This document shows, piece by piece, positions 19,574-32,463 of a DNA stretch of 64,000 nt. Every line of letters begins with the position of its first letter. The first letter of the stretch is position 1. The stretch spans positions 1,152,001 to 1,216,000 of the forward strand of contig OZ245842.1 in the NCBI GenBank assembly GCA_965228895.1, written 5' to 3'. The notes below the pieces were generated by a model that did not search any database, was not told the origin of the DNA, and saw nothing but the letters and a program-made list of their open reading frames with translations. The stretch is from Alphaproteobacteria bacterium. GTDB taxonomy: Bacteria > Pseudomonadota > Alphaproteobacteria > SP197. Both the position numbers and the translations under genes were made by a program.

Positions 19574-20415
19574 AGTCACGACAGACCCGGAAGAACGCGC
19601 GCAACCGCAGTCCTGCGCAACGCTGGCGTGCGGCCGCAAAACGCTGGTGGCCGCTGGTTGGTTCTATTGCTGTCGCGACAGTTGCGGTTGTTGTACTTTT
19701 CGTGAGTGGCGCCGCCGACAGGCGTTGGGCCGAGACACGCTACGTGTTCGCCAACGCCACCGCGGACATGGGATTTTCGGTTGAGCGTGTCTACGCGACG
19801 GGGCGGTTCCAAACCGACCGTCAGACGCTGATCGAAGCCCTTGGCGTCGATATCCACCAACCGATCTTCGAGGTGTCGCTGGAGACGGCGCGTCAGCGTG
19901 TCGAGGCCTTGCCCTGGGTTAGTGAAGCGTCGGTCGAGCGGCGGCTGCCGGATACGATCATCCTGCGCATCGATGAGCGCACGCCGCTGGCGTTGTGGCA
20001 GAACGACGGGCGGCTCGCGGTCGTCGATGACAATGGCGACGTGATTGACGGCGCCCGCCCGCAAGACTTCCGCGAGTTGCTGCTTGTGGTTGGTCCCGAC
20101 GCCGCCGACGTTGCTGCCGACCTGATCGCCGTGATGAACCTGGTCCCAGAAGTAAGGGATCGCGTTAGGGCCGCCGTCAGGATCGGCAACCGGCGCTGGA
20201 ACCTGAAACTTGACGACGGCATTGATGTCCAGCTGCCCGAGGACGACCTGGACGGCGCCCTCTACCGGTTGGCAGACCTCGACAAGGCCGAACAATTGCT
20301 GGCGCGCGATGTCCAGACTGTCGATTTGCGCCTGCCCGACAAACTGGTGCTGCGCCTGACACCCGAAGCGCAGGCACGCATGTCTGTCGACCCCGAAGAG
20401 GGCGAAGACACATGA
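19561..20415 (+). CDS. ftsQ: Cell division protein FtsQ
   Basis: TM segment, POTRA-like LPWVSEASVERRLPD, ERTPLALWQ, RRWNL, VDLRLPD; synteny. Confidence 0.92.
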   Translation: MRSVKSRQTRKNARNRSPAQRWRAAAKRWWPLVGSIAVATVAVVVLFVSGAADRRWAETRYVFANATADMGFSVERVYATGRFQTDRQTLIEALGVDIHQPIFEVSLETARQRVEALPWVSEASVERRLPDTIILRIDERTPLALWQNDGRLAVVDDNGDVIDGARPQDFRELLLVVGPDAADVAADLIAVMNLVPEVRDRVRAAVRIGNRRWNLKLDDGIDVQLPEDDLDGALYRLADLDKAEQLLARDVQTVDLRLPDKLVLRLTPEAQARMSVDPEEGEDT

Positions 20416-20428
20416 GGACACGGAAACC

Positions 20429-21676
20429 ATGACACCGCGCTCAGGGCTCGTCGCAGCCATCGACATCGGCAGCACCAAGGTGTGCTGTTTCGTCGCGCGT
20501 CCGGACGACAACGGTGGCCTGCGTGTCACCGGCATCGGTTGCCAGGCGTCGCGTGGCGTTCACGCCGGCACCGTCGTCAACATGGAAGCCGCCGAGGAAT
20601 CGATCGCGGCGGCCGTCAACGCGGCCGAGGAAATGGCCGGCGAGACCTTGCGCGATGCCTGGGTCAACATTACCGCTGGCCAGCCGCGTTCGCACACGGT
20701 CGCCGTCGACGTCACCATTGCCGGCCATCAGGTCGGCGAGGCCGACCTGCGCCGCGTGATGATGCAGAGCCGTCAGACGATCGACACGGTCGATCAATCG
20801 ATCATTCACGCCATGCCGGTTGGCTACAGCATCGATGGCAACCGGGGCATTCGCGATCCCCGCGGCATGGTCGGCGATCGGTTGGGCGTCAACGTGCATC
20901 TGGTGACGACGGGCGAAGGCCCGCTGGCCAACCTCGAGACCTGCGTCACCCGTTGTCACCTGGATGTGGCGGGCCGGGCGTCGACTCCCTATGCGTCAGC
21001 GCTCGCGGCCCTGGTCAAGGACGAGATGGATCTGGGCGTCACCGTGGTCGACATGGGCGGCGGTACGACAACCGTGGCCGTCTTCTTCGACGGCGACTGC
21101 ATTCACGTCGACGCGGTGCCGGTTGGCGGCATGCACGTCACCAACGATATCGCGCGCGTGCTGTCGACGCCGGCCGAAATGGCGGAGCGGCTGAAGATCC
21201 TCTACGGCAGCGCCTATGGCTGCAGCGACGACGACCGCGAGATGATCGATGTGCCGATGATCGGCGAGCACGACAACGGCAACGTCAATCAGGTGCCGCG
21301 CTCGATGCTGGTCAGCATCATCCGGCCGCGGATTGAAGAGACACTAGAGATGGTGCGCATGCGCCTGGCGTCGGTTGGGCTGGAAAAGCTCGCCGGACGC
21401 CGGCTGGTTCTGACCGGTGGCGCGTGCCAACTCCATGGCGTGAGAGATCTTGCCGGCCAAATCCTCGGCAAGCAGGTCCGCGTCGGCAACCCCCTTTGGC
21501 TCAAGGGCCTTGCCCAAGCAACGTCAGGCCCGGCGTTTACCACCTGCGCCGGTCTTCTGCGTTACGCGGTCAAGGAACACGACGAAGTCGAGATGAGCTT
21601 TTCCCACTGGCCCGCCCATGGCGGCCTGCTCGGCCGGTTCGGTCGGCTGGGACAGTGGTTCCGGGAGAACTTGTGA
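20429..21676 (+). CDS. ftsA: Cell division protein FtsA
   Basis: IDIGSTKV, DPRGMVG, VDMGGGTT, AERLK, LVLTGG, C-terminal amphipathic WFRENL. Confidence 0.96.
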   Translation: MTPRSGLVAAIDIGSTKVCCFVARPDDNGGLRVTGIGCQASRGVHAGTVVNMEAAEESIAAAVNAAEEMAGETLRDAWVNITAGQPRSHTVAVDVTIAGHQVGEADLRRVMMQSRQTIDTVDQSIIHAMPVGYSIDGNRGIRDPRGMVGDRLGVNVHLVTTGEGPLANLETCVTRCHLDVAGRASTPYASALAALVKDEMDLGVTVVDMGGGTTTVAVFFDGDCIHVDAVPVGGMHVTNDIARVLSTPAEMAERLKILYGSAYGCSDDDREMIDVPMIGEHDNGNVNQVPRSMLVSIIRPRIEETLEMVRMRLASVGLEKLAGRRLVLTGGACQLHGVRDLAGQILGKQVRVGNPLWLKGLAQATSGPAFTTCAGLLRYAVKEHDEVEMSFSHWPAHGGLLGRFGRLGQWFRENL

Positions 21677-21773
21677 TGAAGGTGTGGGTTCGGGCGGGCG
21701 CGGTCCGGACCGGCGGTGGTAGGCCAAGCGGCCAACAGAAGATGGGCGTCATTCTTTGTGCTGGAGGCAACAT

Positions 21774-23633
21774 ATGACAATCAACTTAGGCGTTCCCGAA
21801 ACGCAATGCCTGAAGCCGCGTATCACCGTTATTGGTGTTGGCGGTGCCGGCGGCAACGCCGTCAACAACATGATCGCCTGCGGGCTTAACGGCGTCGAGT
21901 TCGTCGTCGCCAATACCGATGCGCAGGCCCTTAACCAGACGATTTCCGAGCGCAAGATCCAGCTGGGAACGTCAATCACGCAAGGTCTGGGCGCCGGTTC
22001 CAGGCCTGACATCGGCAAGGCCGCGGCCGAAGAAGCGATCGAAGAGATCATGGAGCAGCTGATCGGCTCGCACATGGTCTTCATCACTGCCGGCCTTGGC
22101 GGTGGTACAGGTACCGGTGCGACGCCGGTGGTGGCGCGCGCCGCCCGTGAGCAGGGCATGCTGACGGTCGGCGTCGTCACCAAGCCGTTCCACTTCGAAG
22201 GTGGTCAGCGCATGCGCTTGGCCGAAGAAGGTCTGCGCGAGCTGCAGCAGTTTGTCGACACGCTGATCATCATCCCGAACCAGAACCTGTTCCGGGTGGC
22301 CAATGATCAGACGACGTTCGCCGATGCCTTCAAGATGGCGGACGATGTGCTGCACGCCGGTGTCAGGGGTGTCACCGATCTGATGGTGCAGCCCGGCCTG
22401 ATCAATCTGGACTTCGCCGATGTGCGTTCGGTGATGAGCGAGATGGGCAAGGCCATGATGGGCACCGGCGAGGCCGGTGGCGACCGCCGGGCGCTGGAAG
22501 CGGCCGAGGCGGCAATCGCCAATCCGCTGCTGGACGAAGTGTCGATGCAAGGCGCCAAGGGTGTTCTGATCAACATCACCGGCGGTCCCGACATGACGCT
22601 GTTCGAAGTCGACGAAGCGGCCAATCGGATCCGCGAAGAGGTCGATACCGACGCCAACATCATCTTTGGCGCCGCCTTCGACGACAGCATGGAAGGGTCG
22701 ATCCGCGTTTCGTTGGTTGCCACCGGTATCGAAGCCGAAGGTATGGCTGTTGGCACACCGGGTCGCCCGTCGTTGACCGCCATCGAAGGTGGCCAGTCGA
22801 TCAGGACGCCGGTCGCCGGCGGCGGTATCACGGCCAGTGCCGGTCAGCACGCTCTGGCGCTGAACACACAGCGTCAGGCCGAAACGGAAGAGCCGCAGTC
22901 CATGTTGAACCCGGCGGAGAACCTGGCGCCTGAGCCGGTCACTGTCCGTCCGGCCATGCCCCAGCAGGCGGCTAAGCCGACTTATGCCGCCCAGCCGGCC
23001 GTGCAGGCGAAGTCGTTGTCGGAAACGATGGCGGCAACGCAGCCTCAGGCTGCGGTGCAGCCCCAGGTCTCTGTACCGTCCGCCATGCCGGCGCAGGCTC
23101 CGACGCAGGTGCAGGCACCGGTTCAGCCCCAGGCGCCGGTGCAGCCCCAAGTGCGTACGCAGTTGGAGCCGCAAGCCAAGCCTGTTCCTCAGGCGCCGGC
23201 TATGCCAAAGGCCACCGCAATGCCAGCGGCTCCGGCCCCGGCTCAACCCGCCCAAGCAGCGCAACCGGCCAAGGAGGCAAGTTTCATTGCCCCGGCGCCG
23301 GTCGAGCCGCAACGTCGGCGGGAGCCCGAGGCCACGGCCGATCCCTCGGCGGCGGCGGCACTCGCCAACGGTACAGGGGAGTCGCGTCGTCCGAGCTTGT
23401 TCGAACGGATGACAGGTACCGGCCGCGCCAAGGACACGCGACCCGAGACCAAGGTGCGTTCGGAACCGGCCATGCGTGCCGAACCAAAGGTCGAGCAGCC
23501 GGCGCCTGAGCCGGCGCGTCCGGCCCGCTCGGAACCGTCGCTCTCCAGCGGTGCCGACACCAGTATGGAAATCAGCTCTGTCGAAGACGATGTGCTTGAT
23601 ATTCCAGCATTTTTGCGTCGTCAGGCCAACTGA
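21774..23633 (+). CDS. ftsZ: Cell division protein FtsZ with long Pro/Gln/Ala-rich linker
   Basis: [28 protein letters not shown]-terminal [12 protein letters not shown]; GGAGG RBS. Confidence 0.98.
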   Translation: MTINLGVPETQCLKPRITVIGVGGAGGNAVNNMIACGLNGVEFVVANTDAQALNQTISERKIQLGTSITQGLGAGSRPDIGKAAAEEAIEEIMEQLIGSHMVFITAGLGGGTGTGATPVVARAAREQGMLTVGVVTKPFHFEGGQRMRLAEEGLRELQQFVDTLIIIPNQNLFRVANDQTTFADAFKMADDVLHAGVRGVTDLMVQPGLINLDFADVRSVMSEMGKAMMGTGEAGGDRRALEAAEAAIANPLLDEVSMQGAKGVLINITGGPDMTLFEVDEAANRIREEVDTDANIIFGAAFDDSMEGSIRVSLVATGIEAEGMAVGTPGRPSLTAIEGGQSIRTPVAGGGITASAGQHALALNTQRQAETEEPQSMLNPAENLAPEPVTVRPAMPQQAAKPTYAAQPAVQAKSLSETMAATQPQAAVQPQVSVPSAMPAQAPTQVQAPVQPQAPVQPQVRTQLEPQAKPVPQAPAMPKATAMPAAPAPAQPAQAAQPAKEASFIAPAPVEPQRRREPEATADPSAAAALANGTGESRRPSLFERMTGTGRAKDTRPETKVRSEPAMRAEPKVEQPAPEPARPARSEPSLSSGADTSMEISSVEDDVLDIPAFLRRQAN

Positions 23634-23816
23634 TCGACGGTTCCTGCAGGACTGAAACATCCTGTAACAAAGAGTGACTTGAGGGCTCCAGAGGCGGTTG
23701 TTAGGTAACGTCTCTGGAGCGCTCGCCCGCAGGACAAATGTTTTTCCGCTGGTGACCGGGTGCGATGGGGATCCGGGGGGTGGATCCGTTGGACCTATTT
23801 TAAGGAGGGCCAGACC

Positions 23817-24728
23817 TTGGCCACAACACAACAAACGACGCTGAAGACGCCGATTTCATGCACAGGCATTGGCCTGCATTCCGGCGAGAAGACGTCGATG
23901 ACGCTGCGACCTGCTCCAGCCAACTCTGGCATCGTCTTTGAGCGCACCGACCTTCAGAATGGTGGCCGGCTGTTTCCGGCTCGCTATGACTATGTCTCCG
24001 ACACGTTTCTATGCACGACCCTGACCAATGCCTCCGGCGCCACGCTGGCGACGATTGAGCATGTCATGGCTGCGTTGGCTGGCTGCGGTATCGACAACGC
24101 GGCGGTCGAAGTCAACAGCGCCGAGCTGCCGATCATGGATGGCAGTGCGTCGCCCTTCGTCTTTTTGATCGAGTGTGCCGGTATCGAGACGCTTGATGCG
24201 CCGCGCCGCGCCATTCGCATTCGCAAGCCTGTGGCCGTCGAAGACGGTGACAAGCGCGCCAGCCTGATGCCGTTTGACGGGCGTCAGGTCAGTTGTGAGA
24301 TCATTTACGACAACAGCCGGATCGCCCGTCAGCGCGCGACCGTCAATGTGTCATCCGAGACGTTCAAGAACGAGGTGTCGCGTGCCCGCACGTTCGGCTT
24401 GATGGAAGACGTCGCGGGACTGCAGGCGAACGGCCTCGCGCTTGGTGGTTCGCTTGACAACGCCATCGTCGTCAGTGGCGACAAGGTGCTGAACGATGGC
24501 GGTCTGCGCTTCGACGATGAGTTTGCCCGCCACAAGGTACTCGATGCCATCGGTGACCTTGCGCTTGCCGGTGCGCCGGTGATCGGTTCGTTCGACGGCC
24601 ATTGTTCGGGCCACGCGCTGAACATCGAGTTGCTGAAGGCCGTATTTGCCGATGACAGCGCTTGGGAATGGTCGGACTACGTGGAAGCGAGCGATTGGCC
24701 TGAGATGCCGATGGTGGCCAGCGCCTGA
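23817..24728 (+). CDS. lpxC: UDP-3-O-acyl-GlcNAc deacetylase
   Basis: TTG start after AAGGAGG; GIGLHSG, TIEHVMAAL, PIMDGSA, ARTFG, RHKVLDAIGDL, SGH. Confidence 0.96.
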   Translation: MATTQQTTLKTPISCTGIGLHSGEKTSMTLRPAPANSGIVFERTDLQNGGRLFPARYDYVSDTFLCTTLTNASGATLATIEHVMAALAGCGIDNAAVEVNSAELPIMDGSASPFVFLIECAGIETLDAPRRAIRIRKPVAVEDGDKRASLMPFDGRQVSCEIIYDNSRIARQRATVNVSSETFKNEVSRARTFGLMEDVAGLQANGLALGGSLDNAIVVSGDKVLNDGGLRFDDEFARHKVLDAIGDLALAGAPVIGSFDGHCSGHALNIELLKAVFADDSAWEWSDYVEASDWPEMPMVASA

Positions 24729-24793
24729 TTACTCTCCTTGTATCTCTCTGCCCTACAGGCCGTCATTCACCGTGATACGTGACGACGGTCTCA

Positions 24794-24830
24794 AGCAGAT
24801 CCCAACACATTGGGATCTGCTGTTTCTTTT
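24794..24830 (+). terminator. Rho-independent terminator closing the dcw/lpxC transcript
   Basis: Perfect 12-bp stem AGCAGATCCCAA/TTGGGATCTGCT, loop CACA, followed by GTTTCTTTT. Confidence 0.8.
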
Positions 24831-24866
24831 GGGTGCCGTTCGGATTCACGCCGATCGGCTGTACCC

Positions 24867-25553
24867 TTGACGGGTTCAGCCGATCTACGATCCCGACTGA
24901 TTGTTTTCGATTGTGATGGCGTTCTGATCGACAGCGAACCGGTGTCGTGCGTCGCCACGTCGGCCGAACTGCACGATGCGGGCTTTCCCATCAGCGCGGA
25001 GGTCATCGGTGAGCGTTTTACCGGCATGTCGACTGACAGCATGTTGGCGACCATCGAACGTGAGGCCGGGCGGCCGTTGCCGGATGATATCGCCGAGCGC
25101 ATCCACGACCGAGAGATGGCCCTTTTCCGAGAGGACCTGGAGGCCGTTGCGCATGTCGCCGACGTGCTGGACCACCTGGATGCCTCAGGCATGGCCTATT
25201 GCGTGGCGTCGAGCAGTACGCCGGAGCGGCTCAAGGTGACCCTGGGCCATGTCGGGCTTTACGATCGATTTCCCAAGATCCTGAGCGCCACCATGGTGAA
25301 GAACGGGAAGCCGGCGCCTGACTTGTTCCTGCTGGCTGCCCGGGAAATGTACGTGCCGGCAGAGGCCTGCATTGTCATCGAAGACAGCGTGCCTGGCGTG
25401 CGCGGCGCGCGGGCTGCGGGGATGGTGGTTCTGGGTTTTTGCGGTGCCAGCCACTGTCAGGCTGGCCATGGCGACGACCTTGTCGCTGCTGGGGCCAAAA
25501 CGGCATTTGACACGATGCGCGATCTGCCCAAATTGCTCTCAACTTTGCTGTAA
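24867..25553 (+). CDS. HAD family hydrolase (YieH/CbbY-like); start uncertain
   Basis: FDCDGVLIDSE, VASSS, GKPAPDLFL, IEDSVPGV. Confidence 0.9.
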   Translation: MTGSADLRSRLIVFDCDGVLIDSEPVSCVATSAELHDAGFPISAEVIGERFTGMSTDSMLATIEREAGRPLPDDIAERIHDREMALFREDLEAVAHVADVLDHLDASGMAYCVASSSTPERLKVTLGHVGLYDRFPKILSATMVKNGKPAPDLFLLAAREMYVPAEACIVIEDSVPGVRGARAAGMVVLGFCGASHCQAGHGDDLVAAGAKTAFDTMRDLPKLLSTLL

Positions 25554-25619
25554 CGGCCGAACGTCGTATAGGACGGCGCGCCCTCCGGTGCTATGATCCA
25601 ATGCTTGGAAATATGGCGG

Positions 25620-26462
25620 ATGTCACAATTGTCTCTACGCACCTTGATTGAACGGTCCAGCCGCGGCGGCGCAATGCTTCTGGTCGCCACCGCGCTTGTG
25701 CTCGGCGCCTGTGAATCTGAACCGGAGCCCTATGTCGAACGGCCTGTCGACGACATCTACAACGGTGCGCTCAACCTTCTGATCGCCGGCCAATACGCGG
25801 ATGCCGCCCGGGAGTTTGACGAAGTAGAGCGCCAGCACCCCTATTCCCAGTGGGCGACGCGCGCGCAGCTGATGTCGGCGTTCGCTTACTATCAAAACGA
25901 CAATTACGACGACGCGATCTTGGCGGCCGACCGCTTCATTCAGCTTCACCCCGGCCACAAAGACGTCGCCTATGCCTACTACCTGATCGGTCAAAGCTAC
26001 TATGAGCAGATATCGGATGTCGCGCGCGATCAGCGCATGACACAGCTGGCGCGCCAGGCGTTCACCGAGGTCCTGCGGCTGTTCCCCAACACCGAGTATG
26101 GCCGAGATGCGCAGTTGAAGCTGGAACTGACCGACGACCACCTGGCCGGCAAGGAAATGGCCATTGGGCGCTGGTATCAGAATCGCAACCAGTGGATCGC
26201 CGCGCTTAACCGTTACCAGGTGGTTATCGTCAACTACCAGACAACAAGTCAGGTGCCGGAAGCGCTGATGCGCCTGACCGAGACCTATCTGGCCATCGGC
26301 GTGATCAGCGAGGCCCAGACGGCCGCCGCGGTGCTGGGTCATAACTTCCCCGGCAGCGTCTGGTACGAGGACAGTTACAACCTTCTCGCCGAGCACAACC
26401 TGGTTCCCCAATTGTATGAAGACTCCTGGATCGCCGAGAAGACCACCGAGTTAGAGGGCTAG
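25620..26462 (+). CDS. bamD: Outer membrane protein assembly lipoprotein BamD (ComL)
   Basis: Lipobox LGAC; ERQHPYSQWA, RFIQLHPG, HLAGKEMAIGRWY, PEALMRL; lpxC-bamD-recN synteny. Confidence 0.94.
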   Translation: MSQLSLRTLIERSSRGGAMLLVATALVLGACESEPEPYVERPVDDIYNGALNLLIAGQYADAAREFDEVERQHPYSQWATRAQLMSAFAYYQNDNYDDAILAADRFIQLHPGHKDVAYAYYLIGQSYYEQISDVARDQRMTQLARQAFTEVLRLFPNTEYGRDAQLKLELTDDHLAGKEMAIGRWYQNRNQWIAALNRYQVVIVNYQTTSQVPEALMRLTETYLAIGVISEAQTAAAVLGHNFPGSVWYEDSYNLLAEHNLVPQLYEDSWIAEKTTELEG

Positions 26463-26536
26463 GGGTCATGCGCATGCGTGGTGCGGACTGGTGATGTCAG
26501 CCCATCCAAGATCGCGATAGCGGCGGCGGGCTTGCC

Positions 26537-30321
<3,785 letters not shown>

Positions 30322-30403
30322 GCTGCTCGCGCAATGGTGACTGGCCTTATGCCGTGCCCGCGTGTTTGGTTTTCGACGGGGGCGTGCTGCCGAGGACGAA
30401 ATT

Positions 30404-31036
30404 ATGGCGCCAACACAAGACCGATTGTCGCGACGATCCCTCATGGCCACGGGGCTGGCCGCCGGCGGTGCCGCTGCGTCGCCGGCCTGGGCCTCTTTGG
30501 TGGCGACACCGGGTCAAACGTCCGGACCGTTCTATCCCCTTGAGCTGCCGCTCGACGATGACAACGACCTGACGTCGGTTGACGGCTCATCGGTTGGCGC
30601 TACGGGTGAAGTGATCCACGTGGCCGGGCGTATCCTCGGGATCGACGGGACACCACTGGAAGGTGCCCGTGTTGAGTTATGGCAGGCCAACGCGGCTGGT
30701 CGCTATCACCATCCCCTGGACTCCAGCAGTCGCGACGTCGATGCCGGGTTCCAGGGTTTCGGTCACACGATGACGACGGCAGACGGCGCGTATCGCTTCA
30801 AGACCATCAGACCCGGATTGTATCCCGGCCGTACGCGGCATCTGCACTTCGCGGTTCTGGCGCCCGACGGCAGAGAGTTGGTGACACAGATGTACTTTGC
30901 CGGCGAACCAGGCAATGCCAAGGACGGGCTCTTGCGCCGCATCGGTGATCCCGCGCAACAGCAAAGTGTCATTGTCGACTTTGCACCGGCTGATGATGGC
31001 AGCGCGCTCGGCCAGTTCGACATGGTGCTGGCTTAG
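30404..31036 (+). CDS. Tat-exported intradiol ring-cleavage dioxygenase-like protein
   Basis: SRRSLM twin-arginine signal; TSGPFYP, VELWQANAAGRYHH, PGLYPG, RTRHLHF, LVTQMYF. Confidence 0.88.
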   Translation: MAPTQDRLSRRSLMATGLAAGGAAASPAWASLVATPGQTSGPFYPLELPLDDDNDLTSVDGSSVGATGEVIHVAGRILGIDGTPLEGARVELWQANAAGRYHHPLDSSSRDVDAGFQGFGHTMTTADGAYRFKTIRPGLYPGRTRHLHFAVLAPDGRELVTQMYFAGEPGNAKDGLLRRIGDPAQQQSVIVDFAPADDGSALGQFDMVLA

Positions 31037-32172
31037 CTAGGCAGGCCAGGAGGCTCGACCCAGCGTTTGTGATCCTTCAGCACCTCGACGAGACGGTCGC
31101 GGTCGAGCGCCTCGGCCGGGTTGCCGTTGATGCCGGTCATCGGCTCGCTCACCGCCAGAACATTCATGATCGCCTCATCCACAGACTGCACGACCGCGTC
31201 GAAGAACGGATCGAGCCGGTGGTCGGGAATGCAGGAGAGCTCCAGATAGCTGCCGCCGGCCATCAACGCGTCCGAGCCTGCCGTCGTGAAGGCCAAAAAG
31301 ATATCGCCGGAACCGTGACCGGAATAGGAACCGCCCCGGCCGATACCCAGGCTGATACGCCGCGCCAGGCGCTTACACTGATGCGACAGAAGTGGCGCGT
31401 CGGTGCCAACGATGGCGATGATGGAGCCGGTGTCGAAGTCGTAGGGTTCCGGGCCCGGCAGCAATTCAGCCATCGGGATGCCGGCGATCATCAGATCCCT
31501 GCGCAAGCCGAAATTTGCCTGGACGAACGCGCCGACCGTATAGCCGGTGCCGTCGTGATCGACGACACGTGACGCCGTCCCCGATCCACCCTTCATGCCA
31601 TAGAGCATCATGCCGGTGCCGCCGCCGATGCTGCCTTCCTCGATCGGACCGGATTGCGCGCCGTCGATGGCTTCGAAGACGTGCTCGCGCTTGATGTGGA
31701 AGCCGTTGATATCATTGAGATATCCGTCATAAGTCTCACCCGCCACCGGCAGGCCCCATGACGGCCCGTCGCCGTAGCTGTTGGCGTTCTGATACAGCCA
31801 TTCGATGGTCGCATCGCGCGCCACGCCACAGGAATGGGTGTTGGTGATGGTGATCGGCCCGTCACAGTGGCCGGCTTCGTCAACCCACCAACTGCCCGTC
31901 AGTTCGCCGTTGCCGTTGAGGCTGAACATACCGGACCAGACGGGGAAGGCCGCCTTGGCGCGGCCACGCGGAATGATCGCGGTGACGCCGGTTCGGACCG
32001 GTCCTTGACCGACCACCAGGTCACCGTTGCCTTCGATCAGCGTCGCGTAGCCGACTTCGACGCCCGGCACATCGGTGATGGCATTGTTGGTTCCGGGCGA
32101 CCCCTTGAACGGAATACCGAGCGCGCGGGCGCGCGTTTTGCCGGCGGGGGTGGCGAGCAGGGAATTCGTCAT
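31033..32172 (-). CDS. DmpA-like L-aminopeptidase/D-esterase (peptidase S58/P1)
   Basis: NAITDVPGVEVG, LNGNGELTG, TNTHSCG, GGGTGM, QANFG, autocleavage DTG|SIIAIV, HGSGDIF. Confidence 0.92.
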   Translation of the reverse strand: MTNSLLATPAGKTRARALGIPFKGSPGTNNAITDVPGVEVGYATLIEGNGDLVVGQGPVRTGVTAIIPRGRAKAAFPVWSGMFSLNGNGELTGSWWVDEAGHCDGPITITNTHSCGVARDATIEWLYQNANSYGDGPSWGLPVAGETYDGYLNDINGFHIKREHVFEAIDGAQSGPIEEGSIGGGTGMMLYGMKGGSGTASRVVDHDGTGYTVGAFVQANFGLRRDLMIAGIPMAELLPGPEPYDFDTGSIIAIVGTDAPLLSHQCKRLARRISLGIGRGGSYSGHGSGDIFLAFTTAGSDALMAGGSYLELSCIPDHRLDPFFDAVVQSVDEAIMNVLAVSEPMTGINGNPAEALDRDRLVEVLKDHKRWVEPPGLPS

Positions 32173-32199
32173 GAGTTGGCTCCGGAAACGTCGGCGTGA

Positions 32200-32463
32200 T
32201 CAGGTCTGGTGAAGGGCCTGCGCAACGCGACTTAGCACATCTTGCTGCTGACGGGAGGTGGTTACCTGAAATCGCTCGAAGTCTGCGTTGGCGGAAAGCC
32301 TGATGTCGCAGAACAGGCCGGCATCATCCTCATGAAAGTGCAAGAACGCACGGGACTTGCGATAGAAGACACCGCGTTTGCGTTCGGCAATGCCATCCAG
32401 GTCCCGTAGCTTTTCGAGCAGCGGTTCCAGCGTATCGAGCGCGGTCGGACCGGCGTGTCTCAT
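32200..32463 (-). CDS. Small conserved hypothetical protein
   Basis: MRHAGPTALD...GVFYRKSRAFLHFHED; ATGA overlap with pepP stop. Confidence 0.75.
   Translation of the reverse strand: MRHAGPTALDTLEPLLEKLRDLDGIAERKRGVFYRKSRAFLHFHEDDAGLFCDIRLSANADFERFQVTTSRQQQDVLSRVAQALHQT

Noticed and set aside
8023-23834. Long antisense ORFs (8023..9504, 9513..11225, 16153..17730, 18245..19639, 21972..23834)
   Set aside because: Opposite well-conserved dcw genes; expected from high-GC codon bias; no recognisable motifs.
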